A DNA stretch of 64,000 nucleotides from an uncultured Gemmatimonadales bacterium (GTDB lineage Bacteria; Gemmatimonadota; Gemmatimonadetes; Gemmatimonadales; Gemmatimonadaceae), in NCBI GenBank assembly GCA_963707505.1, contig CAVPQB010000004.1, positions 608,001 to 672,000 on the forward strand, read 5' to 3'. Both the position numbers and the translations under genes were made by a program. A model generated the notes under the pieces. The model was given only the letters and a program-made list of their open reading frames with translations, was not told the DNA's origin and made no database searches. Positions within the stretch are counted from its first letter, which is position 1. Every line of letters begins with the position of its first letter. This document shows positions 10,462 through 20,400 of this stretch, piece after piece.

Positions 10462-13400
10462 CTATGCCGGATCAGGTCCCTCGTCGCCGTCCCCATCTTC
10501 GTCGGCCTTGGAGTGAGACACCGTAGTGCCGGTGTGGGTTTCCACCGTTCGTTTGTCGTGGGCGGAGAGACCGGCACCACAGGCGGGGATCGACAGTGAG
10601 GAAGAAGCCGCGTGCACGGGTGCGACGTGGCTCTTCGCAAGCGTGGCGTTGAGCGCCGGCAGATCCTTGCTGTTTACGGCCTGCCAGTTCTTGAGCACCG
10701 TGGCAAGCTGCGCGCAGTCGGCGGCGTATCCGCGAAGCGTGGCAGCCGTGGGCGCCATGTCGCCGTTGTCGAGTGCGCTCAGCTCGCGTCCCATTACTCC
10801 GTTCACGCGAACGAAATTTGGCGGGGGCGGCGGGCCGCCACGCGAGAATCCGCGCCCGCCACTCGTCGAGCCGGCAACGGCCTCGAGCTTCGCGTCGAAC
10901 GCCTTGAGTGCCGACGCCGCTTCGGCTGACGGGTCGGCGCTGGATAGAGCCGCGACGGCGGTACGCATCGCCTCGACCTGATTGTAACCATCCCACGATG
11001 CCTTCGCTCCGGCGTCGAGCTTCATCAGGAGCTCATGCTGTGCAACTACCGCGGCGACAGTCGCGGGCGAGCGTGGGTCGTTCTTCACCGTTACAGTCTG
11101 CGTGTACGTTTTGCCGTCCACGTTCAGCTTGAGCGTGTAGGTGCCCGGCGGAGCCATCGCGCCTTCGGGAGAGGCGGGGGTGAGGCCAGGATTCGCGTTG
11201 ATCTCGAAGCTGTGCGAGAAGGCTGGCGGTGCGTCGTGGCGCAGATCCCAGTTGCCGCGGTTGGTGCCGACGTTCGCGGACAGCGCCTGGGGCGGCGCGA
11301 TCCAGAAGTTGGGCTCTGGCGGCTCAGCGGCCTCCTTCACCGGCTTGTCCGGTACACTCGACATGTGACGAACTACCTTGCCAGACGCGTCGATCACTTC
11401 GAGTGTCACCGGCGACGACGGCGTTGACGCGAGCGAGTAGTAGAACACGACACCATCGGGTGGATTCAGAGCGTGGGCGACTTCCGGCGGGAACGGAGTA
11501 TCCGCATTCACATTGCGGCGAACGCGAATCGTCTCGTCCGGCTTGAAGAAGTGCACCGGCTCGGCGCCGATCGCCGGTGTTATCTGACGCAGCACCGCGT
11601 AGTCATCGAGTACCCAGATTCCGCGGCCGTACGTTCCCGCGATGAGATCGTTGCCGTTGAAAGTGATGTCGCGGTACGACGTGTTGGGAAGGTTCAGCAT
11701 CAGCGACTGCCAGTTGTCGCCGTCATCGAACGAGACGTAGATGGAACTCTCGGTGCCCGCGAAGAGCAGGCCGGGCTTTTTCGGATCGCTGCGAATGACA
11801 CGTGCGAAGCTGCCGTTGGACTGATCCGTCGCCATTCCATTCACGATCTGCGTCCACGTCTTGCCGTAATCGTGTGTGCGGTAGAAGTATGGCTTGTAGT
11901 CGCCGATGGTGTGATAATCGATCGCGACGTACGCGGTCGCCGGATCCTGATGCGACGCGTCGATTCCGGAGATGTCTGCGCGAGCACGATTCGGAAGGTT
12001 CGCGATGCTGACGTCGTCCCACGTCGCGCCATGATTGCGAGTCAGCTTGATGAGTCCGTTATTGGTGCCGACCCAGATCATTCCGGCCGTGGCGCCTGAT
12101 ACCGACATGGACTCGATCGCGCTGCGATTTGGCGGTGCGGCGCCTTCGCCACGCGGGGCTGCGCCGGCTACTGGCGGCGACTCTCCCTTTGCGTAGGTCA
12201 GATCCGGGCTCAGCTTCTTCCACGTAACGCCTCCATCGGTAGTCGATGCGACGTACTGGAATCCGGCGAAGAGCTCGTGCTGATTGAGCGGCGAGAACAT
12301 GATCGGTTGCGACGAAGTCGTGCGTGCTTCCGTGCTTGGGTCCGCCGCGGGGCTGACGTTGATCCACTGCTCGCTCGGATAACTGATCTTGACGATGCCG
12401 GATCCGCTTGCGTAGACGATCTTTGGATTGAGCGGATCGGGTACGATTGTGCCCCACTCCCAACCTGGCACGGGACTCCAGTCCAGACTGGTGATCTCGC
12501 CCAGGTTGCCGCGCGACAGCGTGCGAACGGCGCCTGCATCCTGCTGCGTCGCGTAGACCCAGTACGGATACGAGTTGTCGGTGGAGAGGTGATAAACCTG
12601 CTCCGTCGACTGATTGTACCACGGGCTCCACGTGCGACCGCCGTCGAGTGAGACCGTTGCGCCCTGGTCTTCGCCGAAGAAGAGGCGCTGGCCGTTGGTG
12701 GGATCGACCCACATCTGCTGCGGATCGTCGCCGCCCGGCGCGCCCTTGAAGCCGGTGAACGTGTTACCGCCATCAGTGGAGATGTAACTCGACGTGCTGA
12801 CGACGTAGACGACGTCCGGGTTCTGCGAGTTGACGTACACGCCACAGTTGTAGCCGCCCTGTCCATTGGCGATGCGCTTGTCCGTCGAGTCCATCTGGCG
12901 CCAGCTCGTGCCGCCGTTGTCCGAGCGGTACAGGCCGGAGTTCTCGACCAGGTACATGCGCTGCGCGTTGGTATGCATCGCGATTGCAACGGAGCTTCGG
13001 CCGGACAGCGCGGGAAGTCCGCTGCCCTTGATCTCCTTCCACGTCAGTCCGTCGTCGGTCGACTTGTACAGCGCCGTGCCGCCAGCGGGACGCGGTGTGC
13101 TCGCGCTCGGTATTCCGGGAGCGATGTAGTGTCGCACGGTGGTTGCGAGTATCACGTTTGGCTGATCGTACGCGCGCGCCAACTTCTGAATGCCAGTCGA
13201 GTCGTCGACGTAGAGTGTCTTCGTCCACGTCTTGCCGCCGTCCGTGCTGCGGAATACGCCGCGCATGTCGGAATGGGCGTGGATGTTTCCTTGCGCCGCG
13301 ATCATGACGGTATTGGGATCCTGCGGATCGACGATGATCGATGGAATCTGTTTGGTCGCATCGAGCCCGAGGTGCGTCCAGGTCTTGCCGGCATCCGTGG

Positions 13401-13812
13401 ACTTGTAGACCCCGTTACCCTCGTTGATTCCGCCGCCGGTAATCATGTCGCCCATTCCGACGTAGATCACGTTGGTGTCGGATGGAGCGACTTCGATCGC
13501 GCCGACCGACGAAGCTTCCTTGACGGCGTCGAAGATCGGAAACCATGTGTGGCCGTCGTTGGTTGTTTTCCAGACTCCGCCAAGTGGATAGCCCGCGTAG
13601 AATACGCCGGGCTCACCGATCGCGCCGGAAACTGCGGAGACACGGCCGCCGCGGAAGGGGCCGAGGTTACGCCAGACGAGGCCTGCGAACAGATCGGCCT
13701 TTATGGGTGCCGGCGCGAGGTGACGCGGAGGAACCGCGGCCATGGTGACGAGTCCAGTAAGGAGCAGCGAAGCTCCCGAAATCAAAGCAATTGTCAGACG
13801 ACCCCGTTTCAT
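10462..13812 (-). CDS. VPS10/BNR-repeat beta-propeller secreted protein (glycosyl-hydrolase-like)
   Basis: Signal peptide, WRNLGPFRGGR and many SxDxGxTW BNR repeats. Confidence 0.85.
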   Translation of the reverse strand: MKRGRLTIALISGASLLLTGLVTMAAVPPRHLAPAPIKADLFAGLVWRNLGPFRGGRVSAVSGAIGEPGVFYAGYPLGGVWKTTNDGHTWFPIFDAVKEASSVGAIEVAPSDTNVIYVGMGDMITGGGINEGNGVYKSTDAGKTWTHLGLDATKQIPSIIVDPQDPNTVMIAAQGNIHAHSDMRGVFRSTDGGKTWTKTLYVDDSTGIQKLARAYDQPNVILATTVRHYIAPGIPSASTPRPAGGTALYKSTDDGLTWKEIKGSGLPALSGRSSVAIAMHTNAQRMYLVENSGLYRSDNGGTSWRQMDSTDKRIANGQGGYNCGVYVNSQNPDVVYVVSTSSYISTDGGNTFTGFKGAPGGDDPQQMWVDPTNGQRLFFGEDQGATVSLDGGRTWSPWYNQSTEQVYHLSTDNSYPYWVYATQQDAGAVRTLSRGNLGEITSLDWSPVPGWEWGTIVPDPLNPKIVYASGSGIVKISYPSEQWINVSPAADPSTEARTTSSQPIMFSPLNQHELFAGFQYVASTTDGGVTWKKLSPDLTYAKGESPPVAGAAPRGEGAAPPNRSAIESMSVSGATAGMIWVGTNNGLIKLTRNHGATWDDVSIANLPNRARADISGIDASHQDPATAYVAIDYHTIGDYKPYFYRTHDYGKTWTQIVNGMATDQSNGSFARVIRSDPKKPGLLFAGTESSIYVSFDDGDNWQSLMLNLPNTSYRDITFNGNDLIAGTYGRGIWVLDDYAVLRQITPAIGAEPVHFFKPDETIRVRRNVNADTPFPPEVAHALNPPDGVVFYYSLASTPSSPVTLEVIDASGKVVRHMSSVPDKPVKEAAEPPEPNFWIAPPQALSANVGTNRGNWDLRHDAPPAFSHSFEINANPGLTPASPEGAMAPPGTYTLKLNVDGKTYTQTVTVKNDPRSPATVAAVVAQHELLMKLDAGAKASWDGYNQVEAMRTAVAALSSADPSAEAASALKAFDAKLEAVAGSTSGGRGFSRGGPPPPPNFVRVNGVMGRELSALDNGDMAPTAATLRGYAADCAQLATVLKNWQAVNSKDLPALNATLAKSHVAPVHAASSSLSIPACGAGLSAHDKRTVETHTGTTVSHSKADEDGDGDEGPDPA

Positions 13813-13952
13813 GCAGCGTTCCTGGCAAGGGTTAGAAATTGTGGCGTGTAAGCATACTTCACGTTATGGATACGCGTCAGGGACGCATATCGTGGTCGCG
13901 ATCGTAGTGCAAAAATCTTTATCAATTCTTGCCGTCCGATGGATCGGGTCTC

Positions 13953-13996
13953 AAAAAACGAAGTGCCGCGTCCGATCGGGAAACGCGGCACTTCGT
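13953..13996 (-). terminator. Rho-independent terminator of mscL
   Basis: ACGAAGTGCCGCGT / ACGCGGCACTTCGT stem with an A6 run (U tract on the minus strand). Confidence 0.75.
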
Positions 13997-14027
13997 GGTT
14001 CGCGATGATGACGGTGGTCGCGAGGAT

Positions 14028-14477
14028 CTATGCGGCTTTCAGCTCTGACGTGCAGTGCGGGCACCGAGTTGCCGCGATCGGAATGTCCATCGCGCAATAC
14101 GGGCACGGCCTGGTGGTGGCCGCCGCTGCGGGTTTCTTGTAAACCTTGTTTGCCGAGCGCACGACCATGAAGATCGCGAGTGCGACGATGAGGAACGTGA
14201 TGATGTTATTGACGAACATTCCGTAGTTCAGCGTCACCGCGCCAGCCGCTTTCGCATCAGCTAGCGAGGCGTAAGGCGGAGCTGACTTTACGCCATCCTT
14301 GAGTAGCACGTACAGGTTGGAGAAGTCAACGTGGCCAAGCAGGAGGCCAATGGGTGGCATGATCACGTCGTCCACGAGCGATTTTACCACAACGCCGAAC
14401 GCCGCTCCGATCACTACCGCAACGGCCAGGTCAAGCACGTTGCCGCGCATGATGAATGCTTTGAAGTCATTCCACAT
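14028..14477 (-). CDS. mscL: Large-conductance mechanosensitive channel with C-terminal zinc-ribbon-like tail
   Basis: FKAFIMRGNVLDLAVAVVIGAAF; tail CPYC...CPHC. Confidence 0.93.
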   Translation of the reverse strand: MWNDFKAFIMRGNVLDLAVAVVIGAAFGVVVKSLVDDVIMPPIGLLLGHVDFSNLYVLLKDGVKSAPPYASLADAKAAGAVTLNYGMFVNNIITFLIVALAIFMVVRSANKVYKKPAAAATTRPCPYCAMDIPIAATRCPHCTSELKAA

Positions 14478-14565
14478 CGGCAGATCTCCCGCGAGAGGGT
14501 GAACAGGACTGAAAAGAAGATACGCGCCGACGGAGTGTCCGCCAGCGCGTATCGGGGCCGATCCG

Positions 14566-14589
14566 GCGGTCAGTTGTACAACTGACCGC
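14566..14589. terminator. Perfect 24-bp palindrome after the cupredoxin gene (likely terminator hairpin)
   Basis: GCGGTCAGTTGTACAACTGACCGC; no clear U tract. Confidence 0.45.
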
Positions 14590-14607
14590 TCGCATCCTGA
14601 CAGGATG

Positions 14608-15489
14608 TTACATGACCGTGATCGTCTTGGTCATGCCGTGCATGAAGTGTGGTTTCCCGTCCTTGACGTCCGGGAGAAAACAGATCAACGCGTACTGTCC
14701 GGGGGTGATATCGGCGGTGAAGTAGTTCGTGTCGCCGATGAAACCCGCGACGCCGCCAATCGCGGACGCTGGTGGTGGACCGGCCGGCTTGTTCATCCAT
14801 CCGAGCAACTGCTCGACAGTCTTGCCGGGTGCGAGCCTGACGAGCTCCACCTCGTGTGGCTGCGATGCGCCATTGGTCACCGCAAACGTGTGTGTCCCCG
14901 CTGTCAGCGGCTTTGAAAGATCGAATCCGTAATCAACGAGCTTGATGTTTACATCGGCAACCGGAGCCGTCGCGGGCGCGCCGGCGGGCGCGGCGCCGAC
15001 AGTGAAGGCCTTGATCATTCCCTTCGCGAAGTGCGGTACGCCGCCTGGAACGTCCACGAAGCAGACCATCGCGTAGTTGCCGGGAGTGAGGTCGAGCGTC
15101 GCGTTCGATTCCTTGGTCGGGTCGGGCGCGTTCGGGCCACCCATCGGTACTGCCCACATCGGCGGCGCGGCTGGGAGAGCAAGCGCCGCCTCGAGATTCT
15201 GGATAGTCTTGCCGCTGTCCAGTCGAACGATGGTCAGGTGGTGCAGGTCCTTGCCGTCGTTGACGAGCTTGAATGTCGTCAGGCCGGCGGGAATCTCGGA
15301 TGGACCGTCGTACGAGAAATCCTTGGCGTGAACCGTGACGACATTGGGTGCGGTCGCCGTCGTGGATGCGGTTGTTGCAACTGTAGCAGCGGTCGTCGAA
15401 TCTTTCTTGGCGACCGACGCGCTTTCCTTAGGTGTACAGGCAGCAATAACGAATACGAACGTTCCAGCCAGGGCTAGCCGGGTGCGCAT
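14608..15489 (-). CDS. Lipoprotein with two cupredoxin-like (type-1 Cu) domains
   Basis: Lipobox IAAC and two H...C-x9/10-H-x4-M ligand sets (CFVDVPGGVPHFAKGM; CFLPDVKDGKPHFMHGM). Confidence 0.7.
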   Translation of the reverse strand: MRTRLALAGTFVFVIAACTPKESASVAKKDSTTAATVATTASTTATAPNVVTVHAKDFSYDGPSEIPAGLTTFKLVNDGKDLHHLTIVRLDSGKTIQNLEAALALPAAPPMWAVPMGGPNAPDPTKESNATLDLTPGNYAMVCFVDVPGGVPHFAKGMIKAFTVGAAPAGAPATAPVADVNIKLVDYGFDLSKPLTAGTHTFAVTNGASQPHEVELVRLAPGKTVEQLLGWMNKPAGPPPASAIGGVAGFIGDTNYFTADITPGQYALICFLPDVKDGKPHFMHGMTKTITVM

Positions 15490-15636
15490 GATTTTCCTCT
15501 CCGTTGTGGACTTGCTGGAGAAGCTAGGGCTGCGCGGTTGCATGTCAAGCACGGAACAATCCGCACGACACTCGGCACGCCACTCTTCACAACACTCCGC
15601 TCCGATGTACCCGAGCGAAGGGAATGGCTGCACGCG

Positions 15637-17427
15637 TTATGTCGTCAGGGCCGGCTGAAGGTGTGGTGCGGACGTACCCGATGGCCACCGCCGCTCTCCG
15701 ACTTGCTGGCGCCACATGGCGTGGTACAATCCCTTCTCGTCCAACAGATCCGCATGACGGCCCGATTCGACGATACGTCCGCGCTCGAGCACGTAGATCG
15801 TGTCTGCGTGCATGATTGTGGAGAGCCTGTGCGCGATGAGTATCGCGATCGTCTCGCGGCGCGTCGCGACGTCGCGGATCGTACGGCTCACCTCTTCTTC
15901 GGTGATCGAGTCGAGTGCCGACGTCGCTTCATCGAAGATGAGCAGCGACGGACGTCGCAGCAATGCACGCGCAATCGCGAGGCGCTGGCGCTCGCCGCCG
16001 GACACCTTCACGCCGCCCTCGCCAATCATTGTGTCGAGCCCTTTGTCGGCACGTGCGAGAAGACTGTCGGCAGCTGCTTCGTGCAGCACGCGCATGCAAT
16101 CGGCGTCGGTCGCGTCGGGTCTCACGAATCGCAAATTCTCGGCGATCGTACCGGAAAACAGCTGCGCGTCCTGCGCTACGAGGCCGATGCGCGTTCGCAG
16201 TGCATCCAGCTCGACTTCAGTGCCGGACGTACCGTTATATAGTATCCGCCCTTCCAGTGGGTGGTACAGGCCGAGGAGAAGCTTCACGAGCGTCGATTTT
16301 CCCGCCCCGGACGGACCGACGAACGCAATCGTCTGCCCGCGCTCCGTCTGGAACGAGACGTCAGTAAGCGCCGGTGCATTTGCCGACCGATGCTGGAAGG
16401 TTACGTGATCGAACGCAAGACTGGTGAGCGGGCCGATCTCTACTGGATGCTCCGGGCGCGGATCCGGCGGTATCGCGAACACCGTTTCGAGATTCGCCAT
16501 GGACGCTTCCGTCTCGCGGTAGGTGTTGATGACGTTCCCAAGCTCCTGCAGCGGACCGAATATGAAGAACGAGTAGATGAGCAGCGCGAAGAACTGTCCG
16601 ACGGATATCTGTTGTGCAAAAATGAGGTACAGCATCAGGAACAGGATCGACGTTCGCAGCAGATTGACGCACGTTCCCTGAATGAAGCTGAGGCTGCGGA
16701 GATAGCGCACCTTCTTCAGCTCGAGCTTCAGGATCTTCTCGGTGGTCGAATTGAGCCGCGTAACCTCCTGTTCGGTGAGGCCGAGACTCTTGACCAGCTC
16801 GATGTTTCGGAGCGATTCCGTCGTTGCACCGGCGAGCGCAGTCGTCTCCGCGACGATCACTTCCTGCACGCGCTTGATCCTCCGGCTCAGTACCGAGCTG
16901 AGCAGGGCAAGCAGTGGAACCGTGAGCAGAAACGCCGGTGCGATGGACCAGTGAACCTTGTACGCATACACCATCACGAAGACGACACCGACGATCGTCG
17001 TGAAGAGAACGTTCACGGCGGCTGTAATGAATCGCTGTGCATCAAGGCGTGCCTGCTGGATCTTTCCGAGCGTCTCGCCGCTGCGTTGATCCTCGAAGAG
17101 AGAGTACGGCAGCTCGAGCGAGTATCGAATTCCGTCGGAATACAGATCGACACCGACGCGTTGTGTAACAACGTTGACGAAATAATCCTGGAACGCCTTG
17201 GCAACGCGTGATACGAAGGCCACGCCGACCGCCGCGGCCAGCAGGATCGACACACCGCGCACGAATTGCATCGTGCTGTACTGCCGGAATTTCGTTGCGT
17301 AGTTGTCGATTACATACCGGAAGATCAATGGGTCTAGTAACGAGAAAACCTGGTTGATGGCCGCGAGAAAAAGTGCGAGCAGGACCAGGCGCCAGTAGCG
17401 CTTGAGGTACGTGGCGAGAAGTTTCAT
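15637..17427 (-). CDS. ABC exporter, fused permease/ATPase
   Basis: N-terminal TM domain, GPSGAGKS, VSGGERQR, FDEATSALD. Confidence 0.92.
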   Translation of the reverse strand: MKLLATYLKRYWRLVLLALFLAAINQVFSLLDPLIFRYVIDNYATKFRQYSTMQFVRGVSILLAAAVGVAFVSRVAKAFQDYFVNVVTQRVGVDLYSDGIRYSLELPYSLFEDQRSGETLGKIQQARLDAQRFITAAVNVLFTTIVGVVFVMVYAYKVHWSIAPAFLLTVPLLALLSSVLSRRIKRVQEVIVAETTALAGATTESLRNIELVKSLGLTEQEVTRLNSTTEKILKLELKKVRYLRSLSFIQGTCVNLLRTSILFLMLYLIFAQQISVGQFFALLIYSFFIFGPLQELGNVINTYRETEASMANLETVFAIPPDPRPEHPVEIGPLTSLAFDHVTFQHRSANAPALTDVSFQTERGQTIAFVGPSGAGKSTLVKLLLGLYHPLEGRILYNGTSGTEVELDALRTRIGLVAQDAQLFSGTIAENLRFVRPDATDADCMRVLHEAAADSLLARADKGLDTMIGEGGVKVSGGERQRLAIARALLRRPSLLIFDEATSALDSITEEEVSRTIRDVATRRETIAILIAHRLSTIMHADTIYVLERGRIVESGRHADLLDEKGLYHAMWRQQVGERRWPSGTSAPHLQPALTT

Positions 17428-18206
17428 GATTCGCCCGTGCGGGGAGGGGTCGCGGCGAGCGGTTTTCCACCCGTTTCGAGAAATTCAGCAAACTCTGCAG
17501 GAAGCTTGCTAGCGCGAATGCCGCGCATCGCCACGTCGACCTCGTATGCGACGCGAACTGTCTCGGATCGCACCTCGGTCGCGCTGACATCGAGCAGGAC
17601 GTACGCGGCTCGCCAGTCACCATCCTTTGGCCGGCCGACGCTTCCGGTATTGATGAAATGCACTCCGCCGGCGGTCCGGTGCCACGGCTTGTGTGTATGT
17701 CCGAACGCGAGCACGTCGCCGGCCTTGAGCGCAGCCGCACTTGCCATCCGGGTCAGGAACCCATCAGGCCGGCCCTCGTCCACGTAGATCAGATTGTTGA
17801 GTGGTGTTGCGTGCACCAGCGTGACAGTGGGCCCGGCGACATGCCCTCCCGCTGGACGAATGTCGATGCGGAACGGAAGTGCTCCAAGAAATGCCTTCGT
17901 AGCTGCGTTGACGTGCGCCCGTGTCCATTCGTAGCTCTGGTGCGCGAGCTCTTCCTGATGGGGATCCTCGGCTCGGCAGCCGCAGTTCTTGTAATCGTTT
18001 GCGACGGTCGAATCGTAATTGCCGGCGACGCCGGGAATCCCTTCGCGGGCGATGATCTCGCAGACTTCATTGGGCCAGGGCGCATATCCGACGAGATCAC
18101 CGAGATGGTACACTCCGTCCACATCGCCGCGGCCGCGAATGCTGGCGAGCACGGATTCGAGCGCTGGCCGGTTCGCATGAATATCGGAAATGAGTGCGTA
18201 ACGCAT
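17424..18206 (-). CDS. Calcineurin-like metallophosphoesterase (ars-cluster type, CGC motif)
   Basis: SDIHAN, GDLVGY, GNYD, NCGC, GHTH and NTGSVGRPKDGD. Confidence 0.88.
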   Translation of the reverse strand: MRYALISDIHANRPALESVLASIRGRGDVDGVYHLGDLVGYAPWPNEVCEIIAREGIPGVAGNYDSTVANDYKNCGCRAEDPHQEELAHQSYEWTRAHVNAATKAFLGALPFRIDIRPAGGHVAGPTVTLVHATPLNNLIYVDEGRPDGFLTRMASAAALKAGDVLAFGHTHKPWHRTAGGVHFINTGSVGRPKDGDWRAAYVLLDVSATEVRSETVRVAYEVDVAMRGIRASKLPAEFAEFLETGGKPLAATPPRTGES

Positions 18207-18218
18207 GATTCGTCGTCT

Positions 18219-19319
18219 CTACGTTGTCGTGGGCGACGTTTGGAAATAGCGCCTTCCGGCCCACAGCGACACGTACACCAGACCGACCAATGCCGGTACT
18301 TCGATCAGTGGACCCACCACCGCGGCGAGCGCTTCACCCGAGGCAATGCCGAACGTCGCGATAGCCACCGCAATCGCAAGCTCGAAGTTGTTGCCGGCCG
18401 CCGTGAAGGACAGAGAAGCTGTCTCGGGGTAGCTGAACCCAAGCTTCATCGAGAGCGCGAATGCGAGCCCGAACATGATGAAGAAGTAGACTACAAGTGG
18501 AATCGCAATTCGCAGCACATCCACTGGGAGCTGGAGGATGCGCGTGCCCTGCATCGCGAACATCAACACGATAGTGTATAGCAAGCCGAGCAATGCGGTC
18601 GGACCGATGCGCGGAACGAAGCTTTCGTTGTACCATGCCTCGCCGCGTTTTGCGACCATCGTCCGTCGTGTGAGATAGCCGGCGAGAAGCGGAATTCCGA
18701 GGAAGATCAGGACGCTCTTTGCGATCTGCCACATGGACACGTGCAGCGCAGTCGTGTCAGCTCCCAACCAGCGTGGGACGACGGTGAGAAAGAGCCATCC
18801 GAGTACCGAGTAGGTGAGAATCTGGAAGACCGAATTGAGTGCAACGAGAACAGCGGCGAGCTCCGCGGAGCCGCACGCAAGCGAGTTCCAGATCAGGACC
18901 ATCGCGATGCAGCGTGCGAGGCCGATCAGCACGAGCCCATCACGATAATGCGGAAGATCAGGCAGGAACAGCCACGCCAGTGCGAACATGACGACGGGCC
19001 CGATCACCCAGTTGAGAATCAGCGAGGTGCCCAGCAGTTTGCGATCGGCCACGTGCGCACCGATGCTTTCGTAGCGCACCTTGGCGAGCACCGGGTACAT
19101 CATCCAGAGGAGTCCGATCCCAATCGGCACTGATACGCCGGCCACCTGCACGCGGTCGAGCACGGCGCCCAATCCCGGAAACGCGCGTCCCAGCGCGATG
19201 CCGCTCGCCATCGCCGCAAAGATCCAGAGCGGGAGAAAGCGATCCAGCCTGGACAGCCGCCGGAGGACCTGCGCGTCCATTGCGGACGTCGGCGCCAAGC
19301 CTATGGTATTTGCTTCCAT
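18219..19319 (-). CDS. acr3: ACR3-family arsenite efflux transporter
   Basis: LDRFLPLWI, MMYP, ARCIAMV, GNNFELAIAVA and GPLIEVP. The start may instead be the ATG at 19280. Confidence 0.95.
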   Translation of the reverse strand: MEANTIGLAPTSAMDAQVLRRLSRLDRFLPLWIFAAMASGIALGRAFPGLGAVLDRVQVAGVSVPIGIGLLWMMYPVLAKVRYESIGAHVADRKLLGTSLILNWVIGPVVMFALAWLFLPDLPHYRDGLVLIGLARCIAMVLIWNSLACGSAELAAVLVALNSVFQILTYSVLGWLFLTVVPRWLGADTTALHVSMWQIAKSVLIFLGIPLLAGYLTRRTMVAKRGEAWYNESFVPRIGPTALLGLLYTIVLMFAMQGTRILQLPVDVLRIAIPLVVYFFIMFGLAFALSMKLGFSYPETASLSFTAAGNNFELAIAVAIATFGIASGEALAAVVGPLIEVPALVGLVYVSLWAGRRYFQTSPTTT

Positions 19320-19397
19320 CAAATTTGGTTGATATATCGTGCAAAAAAGAGCAGGACGGCAAGTGGATCGCTCAATGATACATCAAGAAATGTTGAT
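19318..19397. promoter_or_regulatory. Two ArsR-type operator boxes ATCAA-N6-TTGAT
   Basis: ATCAAATTTGGTTGAT (19318-19333) and ATCAAGAAATGTTGAT (19382-19397), immediately 5' of acr3. Confidence 0.7.
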
Positions 19398-19400
19398 GTG

Positions 19401-19721
19401 TCAAGAACCAGCCAGAAAAGGCGCGAATAGTGTACTCGTCTGAGCGCCCGTCGGATCGCACGCTTCTGCCGGCGCCTCGATCAGCAGATGAATCGCATCG
19501 CCGGTCTCATCGATCCTGAAGCGCAGAAACGCGCAGCACTTCTCTTCTCGCCGCACCAGCTCGCGGAGCTGGCCGCCGGCAGTCGGATCGTACACCAGTT
19601 CCAAAATCACACCGTCCTGACGATGGGAGCGCAACGACGCTGTGTTCAGTCTGCCGATCCAGTCCAGCCGGTCCGCGTAGTCGTCCGAGGCGAGGGTGCA
19701 GGCGATGGGTGGCGTAGTCAT
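19401..19721 (-). CDS. Small Cys-containing protein (PIACTL...ExxCCxFL), metal-resistance associated
   Basis: PIACTL and REEKCCAFLRF motifs; lies upstream of acr3 on the same strand. Confidence 0.7.
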   Translation of the reverse strand: MTTPPIACTLASDDYADRLDWIGRLNTASLRSHRQDGVILELVYDPTAGGQLRELVRREEKCCAFLRFRIDETGDAIHLLIEAPAEACDPTGAQTSTLFAPFLAGS

Positions 19722-19863
19722 GACTTTCCGGGGTTGAGATGCAGACACTTGAAGGCACGGCTCGATCCGGTGACATCGGCGTTGCTCATCTCGTAATGTA
19801 GAAGAAGAATGGCGGCGGGAAGACCCATTGCCGCCACCGACGGCGATCGGCCAGATTTGATTA

Positions 19864-20319
19864 ATGCGAGTGGTCGCTCAGAGGGTGTCGCGCGCCTCGG
19901 TGCGCGTTGGCGGTAAAGTGGTAGGAGAGATCGGCAACGGGCTCATGCTCCTCGTCGGCTTTACGCACGATGACGCGAGCCGCGAGGTCGGCTGGATGAC
20001 TGAGAAGCTGATCGGCCTCCGCATCTTCGCGGACGATGATGGGAAGATGAACCGATCGGTCGCCGACGTTGGCGGCTCGATTCTGGTCGTATCGCAGTTC
20101 ACGTTGTATGGTGACGCCCGCAAGGGCCGTCGGCCATCGTTCGTAGACGCGGCGCGCCCTGAGGTCGCGATTCCGCTGTATCAGAAGTTCATCGTCGCGC
20201 TGGCGAACAGTGGAGTAGTGGTCGCCGCAGGCGAATTTGGCGCGGACATGCAGGTCGAGCTGGTGAACGACGGCCCCGTGACGTTGCTGCTGGAGCGGTC
20301 TGCCGCCGTAGCTGAGTAA
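19864..20319 (+). CDS. dtd: D-aminoacyl-tRNA deacylase
   Basis: MRVVAQRV, SQFTL and NDGPVT motifs. Confidence 0.95.
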   Translation: MRVVAQRVSRASVRVGGKVVGEIGNGLMLLVGFTHDDASREVGWMTEKLIGLRIFADDDGKMNRSVADVGGSILVVSQFTLYGDARKGRRPSFVDAARPEVAIPLYQKFIVALANSGVVVAAGEFGADMQVELVNDGPVTLLLERSAAVAE

Positions 20320-20400
20320 CGAGGCGCCTGGACGGCGCGGCAGCAGTCGCTCCGCGGCGTGCTGGTGGACGGCGGTCATATGACAGCGTAATGTCCCTGC

